DNA of 64,000 nt from Labedaea sp. (GTDB lineage Bacteria; Actinomycetota; Actinomycetes; Mycobacteriales; Pseudonocardiaceae). The notes beneath the pieces were generated by a model. The model did not search any database and was not told the DNA's origin. It saw only the letters and a list, made by a program, of their open reading frames with translations. Where the stretch lies: the NCBI GenBank assembly GCA_045806965.1, contig JBJMIG010000059.1, forward strand, positions 2,656 to 66,655. The letters are read 5' to 3'. Positions 47,359 to 59,520 of the stretch are shown in pieces; the stretch's first letter is position 1, and each line of letters begins with the position of its first letter. A program made the position numbers and the translations under genes.

Positions 47359-48720
47359 CTACTCCGGATTTCTGGCCTGCGGCACCTGACCGTTGACCGG
47401 CACCCCACCGTTGCGCTCCGGCTGGGCCAGACAGGTGCGGTTGCGGCCGGTGCGTTTGGCTTCGTAGAGCGCGGCATCCACCGCCAGCAGCAGGGTGTCG
47501 AGCTGTCTGCCGCCGCCCGGGTAGCTGACCGCGCCGATCGATGCGGTCAGGTTGGCGATCTCCACCCGGCCGCCGTTGCCGGTGGTGTGCACCTTGAGAT
47601 CCTTGATCCGGTCGCGCAGCCGTTCCGCCCTGGTCAGCAGGTTCTCGGTGTTGATGCCCGGCACCAGCAGCACGAACTCCTCGCCGCCGAACCGCCCGGC
47701 CACGTCGTAGTCCCTCGACTCCCGCCGGATCGCGTCGGCCACCGCCTTGAGCACGTCGTCACCGGCGAGATGGCCGTAGGTGTCGTTGACCCGCTTGAAG
47801 TGGTCCAGATCGAGCATGAGGATGCCGACCGGCGTGCTGTCCCGTTCCGCCCGGGACAGTTCCCGGCGGGCCAGGTCGGTCCAGTGCATGGCGTTGGCCA
47901 ACCGGGTCTTCTCGTCCATTCTGGCGGCCAGCTCGTAGTGATGCAGCAGCAGGCTGCGGTGCAGCAACAGCAACGGCGGCATGATCAGCAGGACGAACCA
48001 CGGGTCGAAGGCGGTCACGCCGGCGGTGACCCCGCCGAGGCTCACCCCGGCCAACTCGGTGAGGTAGCCCCCCACGCTGCCGAGCGCGGTCCGGCCGGGC
48101 GTCTGCGGCGAGGACACCAGAATGATCATCACGATCAGACCGTGGTTGACGAACCACCGGCTGAGCATGGCCAGCACCACGACGAACAGACCCTGCCAGC
48201 CGCTTGGCATGCCCGGGTAGCTGCCCGGCGGCAGGCCGACCTGTAACACGACGGCGGCGGCCTCCGTGGCCAGGATGACCGTCGCGGCGCTGTACACCCA
48301 GCGGAAGATCGGGGTGTGCACGACCCGCACCCGCATGTGCGTGTGGGTCAACACGACCAGGGCCACGGCCAGCGGCGGGGGCAGCAGCAGCACGGCGGCG
48401 AAGGTCCACACCGACTTCAGGTCGACGAACGGGGCGTCGGCACGCATGGCCTCGCGCACCCGCTCGATCCCGCGCGCCGCCTCGAGGTGCACGATCGAGC
48501 CGCCGGCCAGCACCGCGAACACGACCCAGTCCGCCGCCCGCACCGGGATCCGGAACGCGGTGGCCACGGTGACCACGACGGTGAGGCCCTCCACCACCAG
48601 CACGGTGAGAATGACGTGGCCGGGTTGGGACCACAGCGATGCCCGCCGAATGGCGGACCATGAGCTGCTCACGGTCGTCTTGATCTGAACGACAGGTCGT
48701 GGAAAATAGGATCGAGTCAT
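47359..48720 (-). CDS. membrane-anchored diguanylate cyclase (GGDEF)
   Basis: ATG 48720. About 6 N-terminal TM helices. GGDEF domain with active site GGEEF and an upstream RDYD (RxxD I-site). Confidence 0.85.
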   Translation of the reverse strand: MTRSYFPRPVVQIKTTVSSSWSAIRRASLWSQPGHVILTVLVVEGLTVVVTVATAFRIPVRAADWVVFAVLAGGSIVHLEAARGIERVREAMRADAPFVDLKSVWTFAAVLLLPPPLAVALVVLTHTHMRVRVVHTPIFRWVYSAATVILATEAAAVVLQVGLPPGSYPGMPSGWQGLFVVVLAMLSRWFVNHGLIVMIILVSSPQTPGRTALGSVGGYLTELAGVSLGGVTAGVTAFDPWFVLLIMPPLLLLHRSLLLHHYELAARMDEKTRLANAMHWTDLARRELSRAERDSTPVGILMLDLDHFKRVNDTYGHLAGDDVLKAVADAIRRESRDYDVAGRFGGEEFVLLVPGINTENLLTRAERLRDRIKDLKVHTTGNGGRVEIANLTASIGAVSYPGGGRQLDTLLLAVDAALYEAKRTGRNRTCLAQPERNGGVPVNGQVPQARNPE

Positions 48721-48842
48721 CGGAGTAACCACGACCGACGGTTCACGGTCCGACAGTAGCCAGAAACACACGGCAGGTCACGCGCTGTGGGAAAGTAGGT
48801 TCTGGTCCGGTGCAAGCAAACCGAACAGCGTCCAGGAGGTTC

Positions 48843-50090
48843 TCAGTGCGTGACTCCAACTGGTGACGTAGTGCCGGCGTAGGCCCGCCCCAACGACCGG
48901 GCCGCCAGCAGTGCCACCACCACCCCCAACGCCCCCGCACACGCGACGACAAGTGACGGCGCCACACCGTCCGCGAACAGACCGGCCACAACGACACCAA
49001 GGCCCTGAGACACCCGAAGGCTGGTGACCGCCAGCCCGAAGGCCTGACCCCGCTGCGCGCCGGGAACGGCCCGAACGAACTCCGCCGAGGCCACCGTGTG
49101 ATAGGCGGCTCCGACCCCGGACAGCGCGAACAGCACGATCGTGACGGCGATACCAGGACCGGCCGCGCAGCCGGTCAGTACCGCGCACGCGCCGACTGCC
49201 AGCGGACCGATGAGCCTGCGCCGCAGCGGCGGCGGCACCAGCCTGGTCAGAATCACCATGCCGACCACGTTTCCGGCCGGTGGTGCGGCGAACAGCAGCC
49301 CGGCGACCAGCGGGCCACCGCCCAGCTCGTCGGCGTACGGCACGGCGAGCCCCTCGGCCACCACGTAGCACCCGGACACGCAGGCGACCAGCACAAGGGC
49401 CCGCAGCATCCGGTTGCCCCAGACCAGACTCGCGCCTTCGCGCAGGGAGGTCAGGGTGGTCTTCTGCCGGCCGGCGGCGCGCTCGTCCGTTGGCGCCGGC
49501 CGGTCCCGCAGGCCGAACCGAACCAGCAGCGCGGAGACCAGGAAGGTCGCCGCGTCGATGCCGAGTGCCGCGCTGGTCCCGGTGAACCTGACGACCACGC
49601 CGCCGCCAACGTAACCGGCCAGCTGGGCGGCCTGATAGCTGATGTTGATCACACCCTGGCCGACCACGAACCGGTCGCCGTCGAGGATGTCGGGGAGCAC
49701 GGCGGCGCGGGCGGCGTTGAACGGAGCGGCCAACAGCTGGACCGCGACCAGCAGGCCGGCCAGCGCCACGAAAGGCATGCCGGGCAGGGCCATCAGTCCG
49801 ACCAGCACGGCACGGGCCAGATCGGTGGCCACCATCAGCTCGCGGCGGCGGAACCGGTCGGCCAGACCGGACAGCAGCGGGCCGCCGACCAGGTCGGGCA
49901 GGAAAGTGAGCGCGTAGGTCAGTGCGGTGAGCGCGGCGCTCTTGGTGCGATCGAACACCAGCAGGGCCAGCGCGACCCTGGCCAGCTGGTCGCCACCGAT
50001 GGAGAGCACCTGGCCGGAGAAGAGGGCGCGGAACTCGCCGACGGCGAACACCTCGCCGAATCTGGCGGGCTGCTCTCCCTCCCGGCTCAA
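48843..50090 (-). CDS. MFS transporter
   Basis: About 12 TM segments and 415 aa. The only in-frame start found is TTG 50090, so the start is uncertain. Confidence 0.75.
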   Translation of the reverse strand: MSREGEQPARFGEVFAVGEFRALFSGQVLSIGGDQLARVALALLVFDRTKSAALTALTYALTFLPDLVGGPLLSGLADRFRRRELMVATDLARAVLVGLMALPGMPFVALAGLLVAVQLLAAPFNAARAAVLPDILDGDRFVVGQGVINISYQAAQLAGYVGGGVVVRFTGTSAALGIDAATFLVSALLVRFGLRDRPAPTDERAAGRQKTTLTSLREGASLVWGNRMLRALVLVACVSGCYVVAEGLAVPYADELGGGPLVAGLLFAAPPAGNVVGMVILTRLVPPPLRRRLIGPLAVGACAVLTGCAAGPGIAVTIVLFALSGVGAAYHTVASAEFVRAVPGAQRGQAFGLAVTSLRVSQGLGVVVAGLFADGVAPSLVVACAGALGVVVALLAARSLGRAYAGTTSPVGVTH

Positions 50091-50255
50091 CCCTCTGACC
50101 CCCCAGCCCAGTTGTCGGCACCGTCAGGTACATGATGGCGCCGCGCGGTAGCCGATGTCACGGGTTCGAGCGCACCACGTCGCAAACCGTAGTCGGATCA
50201 CGGCCACGCCGCGGGTCCGGCGCCGCACCGGCGACCCGTCGACGGGTGGGCTTCG

Positions 50256-51551
<1,296 letters not shown>

Positions 51552-51622
51552 GTGAGACTCCCCGGGTGGACGCGTCCGTTCAGGCGAATTGCCGGAGATC
51601 GAGCGTAGACCAGGAGGCGAAC

Positions 51623-52258
51623 GTGGGCGCACTCGTGTTGGCCTGCGGGGTTGCCGCGAGCCGTCCGAACTGGACGGCGGTGCCCGCGAGGCCAGCCAGG
51701 GCCGATCTCGACCCGCTGCTCGGGACCGGGCCGGAGCGGGTGGTCGTGGTCGGCACCGACGCCGACCTGGCCGCCGTGGTGCTCCGGCTGCTGCGCACCG
51801 AGCGGCTCGAGCTGCCGGTCGGGTTCGTACCGGTGCACCGTGCCGGATCGGCGGTGGCCAGGCTCTGGCGGCTGCCCGCCGGTCGGGACGCGGCGATGGC
51901 GCTCGCCACCGGCGGCCGGCCGCGCGCGCTGCCGCTGGTCCGGGACGACTCCGGCGGGGTGTTGCTCGGCCGGGGTGTGACCGGACCGGTGCGCGGCGAG
52001 GCGTACTGCGACGACCAGTTGGCGCTGCGCGGCCGGGCGCGTCGCATCGAGGTCAGGCCCGGGCCGGCCGGGGTGCACGGACTCGTGGTCCTCGGTGGGC
52101 TGGCGCGCCGGCCGGCGTCGTTCGACGGCAGGGCGTTCCAGCTCGGCTGCGAGCCGGCCCGAGTGACCGTGGACGGCGTCGAGCACCCGCGGCCGGTGCG
52201 GCGTTGGACCTGGTACCGGCACACCGAGGACCTGTGCGCAGTCGCCTTGCCGGACTGA
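51623..52258 (+). CDS. hypothetical protein, degenerate diacylglycerol-kinase-like fold
   Basis: GTG 51623 after [25 protein letters not shown]...LPVGFVPV resembles a DAGK catalytic domain lacking the GGDG motif. Confidence 0.45.
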   Translation: MGALVLACGVAASRPNWTAVPARPARADLDPLLGTGPERVVVVGTDADLAAVVLRLLRTERLELPVGFVPVHRAGSAVARLWRLPAGRDAAMALATGGRPRALPLVRDDSGGVLLGRGVTGPVRGEAYCDDQLALRGRARRIEVRPGPAGVHGLVVLGGLARRPASFDGRAFQLGCEPARVTVDGVEHPRPVRRWTWYRHTEDLCAVALPD

Positions 52259-52303
52259 GCAACGCGGCGTGACCCCGGGCCGCGGTTGCGCCCTACTTGG
52301 CCG

Positions 52304-53149
52304 ATGCGAACATCTCTCCGAATCCTGCTTGCCGGTCTCGGCGTGCTCGGCGCCGGCGTCACCCTCACCGCGGCGCCGGTCTCCGCCGCCGGCGCCGACA
52401 CCATCTCAAGCGACCGCGCCACGGTCCGCGAGTATCCGGGCCGGCTGGTGCTGGCCAACGCCACGGCCGGCGACCGGGCGGAGGTGACCGGGTACTGCGG
52501 CTCCTGGGTGCGCGTGCGGATCACCGCGCGGCACCCGATGGCCACCCCGACGGGCTGGGTGCAGCGCGGCCATCTCACCAAGGCGAGCCGCGAGGGCGGG
52601 CTGGACGGCGTGCCGCAGCGCTGCGGGGATGACGCCGACCGGTGGCGGGACTGGGTCGGCGCGATCAACGCCCCGTTCCACTCGCTGCGGAAGGTGGACG
52701 GCGGCTGGCGCCGGATCGTGTTCGGCACCAGGGTGAACCTGGCCGCGACGCCGGACTGCGTGCCGTCGCTGAACTACACCCGGGAGGCGAGCGGGCCGGA
52801 CCGGGTGGACCCGACCCAGCGCGTGAGCGGCCTCGACCTCGGCAACGTCGGCTTCCGCTATGTCACCACCGACGGCTCGGTGGCCCTGGTCAGCTCGCCG
52901 CGCCTTGGCGCGAGCTACGGCGTCTGGGCGTTCGTACCGTCCGCCTGCGTGCAACCGCACAACCGGGCGACGGTGTACTTCGACGAGCCGGTGGTGCAGC
53001 TGACGAACATCGCCGGACTGAAGACCGGCGTCGGCTACCCGGACTCGGTGATCAGGTCACGCGGCTGCTCGGCCGCGGTGCACAGCCCCAGCCACCCGGC
53101 CTTCGGCTACTGGCCGGACCCGGTTCGGCGGCCGGGCTGCCCGGTGTGA
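52304..53149 (+). CDS. secreted hypothetical protein with an SH3b-like N-terminal region
   Basis: ATG 52304 gives signal MRTSLRILLAGLGVLGAGVTLTAAPVSAAG. High GC3. No confident family assignment. Confidence 0.5.
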   Translation: MRTSLRILLAGLGVLGAGVTLTAAPVSAAGADTISSDRATVREYPGRLVLANATAGDRAEVTGYCGSWVRVRITARHPMATPTGWVQRGHLTKASREGGLDGVPQRCGDDADRWRDWVGAINAPFHSLRKVDGGWRRIVFGTRVNLAATPDCVPSLNYTREASGPDRVDPTQRVSGLDLGNVGFRYVTTDGSVALVSSPRLGASYGVWAFVPSACVQPHNRATVYFDEPVVQLTNIAGLKTGVGYPDSVIRSRGCSAAVHSPSHPAFGYWPDPVRRPGCPV

Positions 53150-53232
53150 TCCCGTCACCCGCGTAGTCCAGCTTGGTGACGTTCCACCGTAAGCGTGCAC
53201 ACGCAGGCAACGTGTTCACGTCACCGGCATGC

Positions 53233-53639
53233 TCAACCGCCGCTGATCGCGGCCGCGGCCGCCGGGTCGGAGTCGTCGAGGAACTGCGCGCAGCGCTCGT
53301 GTTCCTCGGCGTCTCCGATCGCCTGCGCGGCGCCGGCCAGCGCGGCCAGCGCCCGAAGGAAGCCCCGGTTGGGGCGGTGCGACCAGGGGATGGGGCCGTG
53401 CCCCTTCCAGCCGGCCCGGCGCAGTTGGTCCAGACCCCGGTGGTAGCCGGTGCGGGCGTAGGCGTACCCGGCTACCGGGTCGCCCGCGGCCAGCGCCCGT
53501 TCGGCCAGCGCCGCCCAGGCCTCGCTGAAGTCCGGCCAGGACTTGACCACCTCGGCCGGGTCGGTGCCGGTCTCGATGGCGGCCTGCGCTTGGGCGCGCT
53601 CCGGCAACAGGGTCGGCTGCGGTCCGAGCAGGTTGGTCA

Positions 53640-53640
<1 letters not shown>
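53233..53640 (-). CDS. DUF3151 domain protein
   Basis: ATG 53640 overlaps the fbaA stop (TGATG). AWAALAERALAAG ... GYAYARTGYHRGLDQLR pattern. Classic fbaA neighbour in Actinobacteria. Confidence 0.75.
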
Positions 53641-54674
<1,034 letters not shown>

Positions 54675-54771
54675 GGGAACGTCCTCCTCGGCAACCGACG
54701 CCTGTCCTGGAGAATCCTATTAGGCACCCTTCATCGTGCCGCCGCCAACCGACCAAGGGCACACTGGAGGC

Positions 54772-55053
54772 ATGGCTACCGCACAGTGGAACGGTGAGAT
54801 CATCGCCGAGAGCGAGCAGACCGAGATCGTCGAAGGCAACCACTACTTCCCGATCGAGTCGGTACGCACCCAGTTCCTGCGCCCCTCCGAGACCCACACC
54901 ACCTGCCCGTGGAAGGGCGAGGCGAGCTACTACACGCTGAGCGTGAACGGCGCGGAGAACCCGGACGCCGCCTGGTACTACCCGGAGCCGAAGGAAGCCG
55001 CGGCCCAGATCAAGGACCACGTCGCCTTCTGGAACGGCGTCGAAGTCAGCTGA
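54772..55053 (+). CDS. DUF427 domain protein
   Basis: ATG 54772 after GGAGG. AQWNGEIIAESEQTEIVEGNHYFP ... CPWKGEASYY pattern. Confidence 0.75.
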   Translation: MATAQWNGEIIAESEQTEIVEGNHYFPIESVRTQFLRPSETHTTCPWKGEASYYTLSVNGAENPDAAWYYPEPKEAAAQIKDHVAFWNGVEVS

Positions 55054-55490
55054 GCTGTATCTTCTGCCCTCGCTCGCAGGCTCACTCGGGCGGCTCGCGG
55101 CCTTCGAGCCGACTCGCACGGCTGCGGATCGCGGCTCGTTGGGGTAGAGCGCAAGGTCACCTTCATGCGCTTCTAAACGCGCAAGGTGACAGGTCTTCTG
55201 CGCTCACTCGCAGGCTCGTTCGCGCGGCTCGCGGCCGCTGAGCCGATGTCTTCCCTCCTGCGCTGCTCACTCGCTCGTTCCTCGCTCGCTGCGCTGCTCG
55301 TCGGTCCAGACACCGGCCGGCCGACTCGCACGGCTCCGGATCACGGCCCGTTGGGGTAGAGCGGAAGGTCACCTTCATGCGGTTCTTGACGCGCAAGGTG
55401 ACATTCCGCTGTATCTCTGCGCTCGCTCACTCGCAGGCTCGTTCGCGCCGCTCGCGGCTTTGGCGCCGGTGCGTGAGTTCTGCGCTTGGC
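55054..55490. repeat. composite palindromic repeat array, locus R4 (4 cores plus about 5 tail modules)
   Basis: 55108-55174 and 55320-55386 are near-identical (CCGACTCGCACGGCTxCGGATCxCGGCxCGTTGGGGTAGAGCGxAAGGTCACCTTCATGCGxTTCT), period about 212 nt. The tail module GTATCTTCTGCCCTCGCTCGCAGGCTC... recurs at about 55056, 55193, 55247 and 55411. Confidence 0.85.
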
Positions 55491-55526
55491 TCTGGTCTAC
55501 CTGGGGCCGGTCCGGCTACATTAATT

Positions 55527-55545
55527 GTTAGGAAGTTTTCCTAAC
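55527..55545. promoter_or_regulatory. perfect 8-bp inverted repeat GTTAGGAA-GTT-TTCCTAAC, CsnR(ROK)-operator-like
   Basis: Lies in a conspicuously AT-rich patch 40 nt upstream of the GH2 start codon. The inner 13-mer AGGAAGTTTTCCT differs at one position from the CsnR box AGGAAANTTTCCT as I recall it. Confidence 0.5.
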
Positions 55546-55584
55546 CAATGTTCCGGTAACCGGTGCACGATCCAGGAGGGCGCC

Positions 55585-58500
55585 GTGGAGTTCCCTGCCA
55601 TCCCGAAGAGGTTTCCCTCGATCCTGGCCGCGACGATGCTCGTGGCGGCCGGCCTGGCCGTGCCGCCGGCCGCGGCGGCCGCACCAAGCGCCACGGTCAC
55701 GGTGACCGCCGCACCCGGCGAGTCCACCGCCATCCCCGGCTTCCTGCTCCGCTCGTCGGCTGCCACCCCGGACGACGGCGCGACGATCTCCACCCCGGGC
55801 TACCGTACCGCCGGCTGGCTGCCGGTCCCGGCCCGATCCACGGTGTTCGCCGGCCAACTGGCGAACGGCCAGTTTCCCAACCCGTACTTCTCCACCAACA
55901 TGCGCAACGTCCCGACCGCGGACTACACCGTGCCGTGGTGGTACCGCGCGGACCTCACCCTCGGCAGCGAGACCGGCCTGCGCACCTACCTGAACCTGAC
56001 CGGCGTCCTGGCCAGGGCCGACGTGTTCGTCAACGGCAGCCAGATCGCCGGCAACGCCGAGGTGGCCGGCGCCTACACCACCCACGAGTTCGACGTGACC
56101 GCCCTGGTGCGCGCCGGAACGAACAGCCTCGCGGTGAAGGTCTACCCCAACGATCCCAACCGGGACCTGACCATGGGCTGGATCGACTGGCTACAGACCC
56201 CGCCGGACCGGAACATGGGGATCGTCCGCGACGTGCTGGTGCACCGCGGCGGCGGCGTGGCGCTGCGCGACACGCACGTGGTCACCGTACTCAACGCGGC
56301 CAGGGACCGGGCCAGCCTCACGGTGAAGACCCAGGTGCGCAACGACACCAGCGGATCGTTGTCCGCCATGCTCACCGGAACCGTTGCGGGACAAACACTC
56401 GCTCAGACCGTCAGCCTGGCCGCGCACGAGACCCGGACGGTCAGCTTCCCCGTGGTCACGGTGCCGAACCCGGCGCTGTGGTGGCCGGCCGGGATGGGTG
56501 CGCAGTCGAGGTACGACCTCGACCTGTCCGCCTCGGTGTCCGGCGGCGTCTCGGACACCGCGCACGAACGGTTCGGTGTTCGTGAGGTCAAGGCGGTGCT
56601 GGACGGCAGCGGGCACCGGCGCTACAGCGTCAACGGCCGGCCGCTCCTGATCAAAGGCGGTGGCTGGTCGCCGGACCTGTTGCTGCGCTGGGATTCCCGC
56701 TATGTCGAGGACAAGCTGCGCGCCGTGCTCGACCTGGGGCTCAACACCGTCCGGCTGGAGGGGCACATCGAGTCCAGTGACTTCTTCGACCTCACCGACC
56801 AACTCGGCATCCTCACCATGCCCGGTTGGGAATGCTGCGACAAGTGGGAAGGCGAGGTGAACGGCAGCGAGCCGGGTGAGCGCTGGACCTCGGCCGACTT
56901 CGTCACCGCTAAGGACTCCATGGCCGCCGAGGCGCGGCTGCTGCGCGACCACCCGTCGGTGATCTCGTTCCTGATCGGCAGCGACTTCGCGCCCAACGCC
57001 ACCCAGGAACGCAACTACCTCGACGCGCTCACCGCCGCCGACTGGCCGAACCCGGTCATCGCCTCGGCCGCAGACCGGTCCGCGCCGGTCAGCGGCAACT
57101 CCGGGATGAAGATGAACGGCCCGTACGACTGGATTCCGCCGAACTACTGGTACGACAAGGCGCACTCGGACGGCGGCGGCGCATGGGGCTTCGCCTCGGA
57201 GATCAGCGCCGGGCCGGACGTGCCGACCATGGACACGCTGCGCCGGATGATGACCACCAGCGAGCTGAACACGTTGTGGCAGAACTTCAACGCCACCCAG
57301 TACCACCGCTCGCAGTCCAGCACGTTCAACACCTTGAAGATCTTCGACAACGCACTGGTTGGCCGCTACGGCACGGTTTCCAGCCTGGACGACTACGTGC
57401 GCAAGGCCCAACTCGCCCAGTACGAGAACGTGCGCGCGCAGTTCGAGGCCTACGGTCGCAACTTCACCGACTCCAGCAACCCGGCCGACGGGGTCATCTA
57501 CTGGATGCTCAACAGCGGCTGGACCTCGCTGCACTGGCAGTTGTTCGACTACTACCTCGACCAGAACGGCGCCTACTACGGCGCGAAGAAGGCCGGCGAG
57601 CCGCTGCACGTGCAGTACTCCTACGACAACCGCGGCGTCGTGGTGGTGAACTCCAGGCACGGCGCGGCATCCGGGCTCACCGCGCGGGTCGATCTGTTCA
57701 ATGTGGACGGCACGAGCAAGTTCTCCCAGACGGCCAGCGGGCTGACCGCGCCCGGCGACGGCGGACGGGTGACCGCGTTGACCATCCCGGCTTCGGTCAG
57801 CGGGCTCTCCACCACCTACCTGGCCCGGCTACTGCTGATCGACTCGTCCGGCGCCGAGGTCAGCCGAAACGTCTATTGGCTCTCCACCAAGGCCGACGTG
57901 ATCGACTGGGCGAACAACGACTGGTTCTTCGCGCCCACCACCGCGTTCGCCGATCTCAAGGGCCTCGCCGGCATGGCGGCCGCGCCGATCTCGGCGACCG
58001 CGTCCACGGCCACCTCGGGCGAGGTCACCACGACCCGGGTCACGCTGCGCAACACCGGAACCGGCCGCACACCCGCGCTCTACCTGGACGCGCACGTGCT
58101 GGCCGGGGGCACCCCGGTGTTGCCGATCTCGTGGAACGACAACGCGGTCAGCCTGTGGCCCGGCGAGTCAACCACGCTCACCGCCAGCTACCGCACCACC
58201 GACCTGCACGGTGCGGCACCGTCGGTGCGCATCGCCGGCTGGAACACCGCGCCGTTGACCATTCCCGGCGACGGCGGCACCCCGCCATCGGTGCATCGCC
58301 ACGAGGCCGAGGACGCACAGCTCTCCCAAGGGGTGGCCGAGGCGAACCACACCGGCTTCTCCGGCACCGGCTTCGTCAACTACGACAACGTCGCCGGCGG
58401 CTTCGTCCAGTTCACCATCACCCCGGCGACCGCCGGTCCGGCCACGCTGACCCTGCGCTACAGCAACGGAACCGCCACCAACCGGCCGATGGACGTCACG

Positions 58501-58671
58501 GTGAACGGCACCACGGTGGCCACCGCGGTGTCCTTCCCGAGCACGACGACCTGGGACAGCTGGGCGAGCGTGACCGTGCCGGCGACGCTCACCGCGGGCT
58601 CGAACACCGTCCGCGCCACGGCCACCACGGCCACCGGTGGTCCCAACCTCGATTACCTGGAAGCCCCCTGA
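55585..58671 (+). CDS. secreted GH2 exo-beta-D-glucosaminidase-like enzyme (CsxA-like) with a C-terminal CBM35/CBM6-type module
   Basis: GTG 55585 after CAGGAGG. Signal peptide. Resembles GH2 exo-chitosanases along its length (YTVPWWYRADL, GWIDWLQTPPDRNMGI). C-terminus HEAEDAQLSQG...NLDYLE is a carbohydrate-binding module. Confidence 0.85.
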   Translation: MEFPAIPKRFPSILAATMLVAAGLAVPPAAAAAPSATVTVTAAPGESTAIPGFLLRSSAATPDDGATISTPGYRTAGWLPVPARSTVFAGQLANGQFPNPYFSTNMRNVPTADYTVPWWYRADLTLGSETGLRTYLNLTGVLARADVFVNGSQIAGNAEVAGAYTTHEFDVTALVRAGTNSLAVKVYPNDPNRDLTMGWIDWLQTPPDRNMGIVRDVLVHRGGGVALRDTHVVTVLNAARDRASLTVKTQVRNDTSGSLSAMLTGTVAGQTLAQTVSLAAHETRTVSFPVVTVPNPALWWPAGMGAQSRYDLDLSASVSGGVSDTAHERFGVREVKAVLDGSGHRRYSVNGRPLLIKGGGWSPDLLLRWDSRYVEDKLRAVLDLGLNTVRLEGHIESSDFFDLTDQLGILTMPGWECCDKWEGEVNGSEPGERWTSADFVTAKDSMAAEARLLRDHPSVISFLIGSDFAPNATQERNYLDALTAADWPNPVIASAADRSAPVSGNSGMKMNGPYDWIPPNYWYDKAHSDGGGAWGFASEISAGPDVPTMDTLRRMMTTSELNTLWQNFNATQYHRSQSSTFNTLKIFDNALVGRYGTVSSLDDYVRKAQLAQYENVRAQFEAYGRNFTDSSNPADGVIYWMLNSGWTSLHWQLFDYYLDQNGAYYGAKKAGEPLHVQYSYDNRGVVVVNSRHGAASGLTARVDLFNVDGTSKFSQTASGLTAPGDGGRVTALTIPASVSGLSTTYLARLLLIDSSGAEVSRNVYWLSTKADVIDWANNDWFFAPTTAFADLKGLAGMAAAPISATASTATSGEVTTTRVTLRNTGTGRTPALYLDAHVLAGGTPVLPISWNDNAVSLWPGESTTLTASYRTTDLHGAAPSVRIAGWNTAPLTIPGDGGTPPSVHRHEAEDAQLSQGVAEANHTGFSGTGFVNYDNVAGGFVQFTITPATAGPATLTLRYSNGTATNRPMDVTVNGTTVATAVSFPSTTTWDSWASVTVPATLTAGSNTVRATATTATGGPNLDYLEAP

Positions 58672-58688
58672 CCAAGCGTTCCGGCACC

Positions 58689-58726
58689 AACCCGGCGGCC
58701 GCGCTCCGGCGCGGTCGCCGGGTTGC
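58689..58726 (+). terminator. long GC-rich hairpin downstream of the GH2 gene
   Basis: CAACCCGGCG ... CGCCGGGTTG outer 10-bp stem with further internal pairing (GCCGCGC/GCGCGGT), 18 nt after the stop. Confidence 0.45.
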
Positions 58727-58740
58727 GATATAACGACGGC

Positions 58741-59205
58741 ATGTCACGCCGGAAAGAGATCACCATGACGGCCGGGGAGATCGAGGCGTTCCTCGCCGAG
58801 GAGCTGACCGCTCAGGTCGCGACGATCGGACCGAACGGACGGCCGCATCTGGTGCCGGTGTTCTACGTCCCGCGCGGCACCGGCATCGCCACGTGGACCT
58901 ACGCGAAGTCGCAGAAGGTGGCCAACCTGCGCCGGCTGCCGCAGGCGACGGTCCTGGTCGAGGCCGGCACGGAGTACGCCCGACTACGCGGTGTCTCCAT
59001 GGAGTGCGACGTCGAGATCCTCGAGGATGTGGAGCAGGTCGCGGCGATCGGGCTGGAGCTGACCGGCCGGATGCTCGACAACGCGGACGTCGCCACCTCG
59101 GCCGGGCAGTTCGTCCGGGCGCAGGCGCAGAAGCGGGTCGGGCTGGTGTTCACCCCGACCAAGGTGGTCAGCTGGGACCACGCCAAGCTGGCCGGCGCCT
59201 ACTGA
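58741..59205 (+). CDS. pyridoxamine 5'-phosphate oxidase family (split-barrel, probably F420/FMN-binding) protein
   Basis: MSRRKEITMTAGEIEAFLAEELTAQVATIGPNGRPHLVPV is a typical PPOX-class N-terminus. Confidence 0.75.
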   Translation: MSRRKEITMTAGEIEAFLAEELTAQVATIGPNGRPHLVPVFYVPRGTGIATWTYAKSQKVANLRRLPQATVLVEAGTEYARLRGVSMECDVEILEDVEQVAAIGLELTGRMLDNADVATSAGQFVRAQAQKRVGLVFTPTKVVSWDHAKLAGAY

Positions 59206-59486
59206 GGCTTGACCCACGAGCCCAGCGTGATGATCCACTCGCGGACGATGCGCTCCTCGGCGATCTCCTCGGTGGTGTACGGGTCGGCGGCCAGTAGCAG
59301 GTTGAGCTCGTCGATGTCGACGACCTCGTAGACGGCGAAGCCCGCGCGATCGTCGGCGAACGGGCCGCCGGCCACGACCTTGCCCTTGTCTGCGAGGTCA
59401 CGCAGGTAGTCCCGGTGCCGGGGGCGCGCGGCGAGTAACCGGTCGCGATCAGTGACGTACCGCGTCTCGACGGTGAACCAGGCCAT
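59199..59486 (-). CDS. YciI-family protein
   Basis: ATG 59486 with AGGAGG 7 nt upstream. 95 aa. AGGPFADD motif. Confidence 0.75.
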   Translation of the reverse strand: MAWFTVETRYVTDRDRLLAARPRHRDYLRDLADKGKVVAGGPFADDRAGFAVYEVVDIDELNLLLAADPYTTEEIAEERIVREWIITLGSWVKPQ

Positions 59487-59520
59487 GGGCAAGCCTCCTG
59501 CTCCCCGGTAGGGTCCTCAC

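Noticed and set aside
50091-50255. tRNA-like GGTTCGAGC string in the purA-MFS intergenic region
   Set aside because: No complementary T-stem, acceptor stem or anticodon arm can be drawn around it.
54978-55396. Small ORFs inside repeat locus R4 sharing the N-terminus MKVT(L/F)RSTPT(S/G)RDP(Q/E)PCESA, which might be a repeated peptide gene
   Set aside because: The similarity is explained by the DNA repeat. The copies, including the related R2 tail, differ by indels that are not multiples of three. There is no RBS and no GC3 bias.
55054-55490. CRISPR array
   Set aside because: The repeats are heterogeneous in length and sequence, there are no regularly sized unique spacers, and no cas genes lie in the window.
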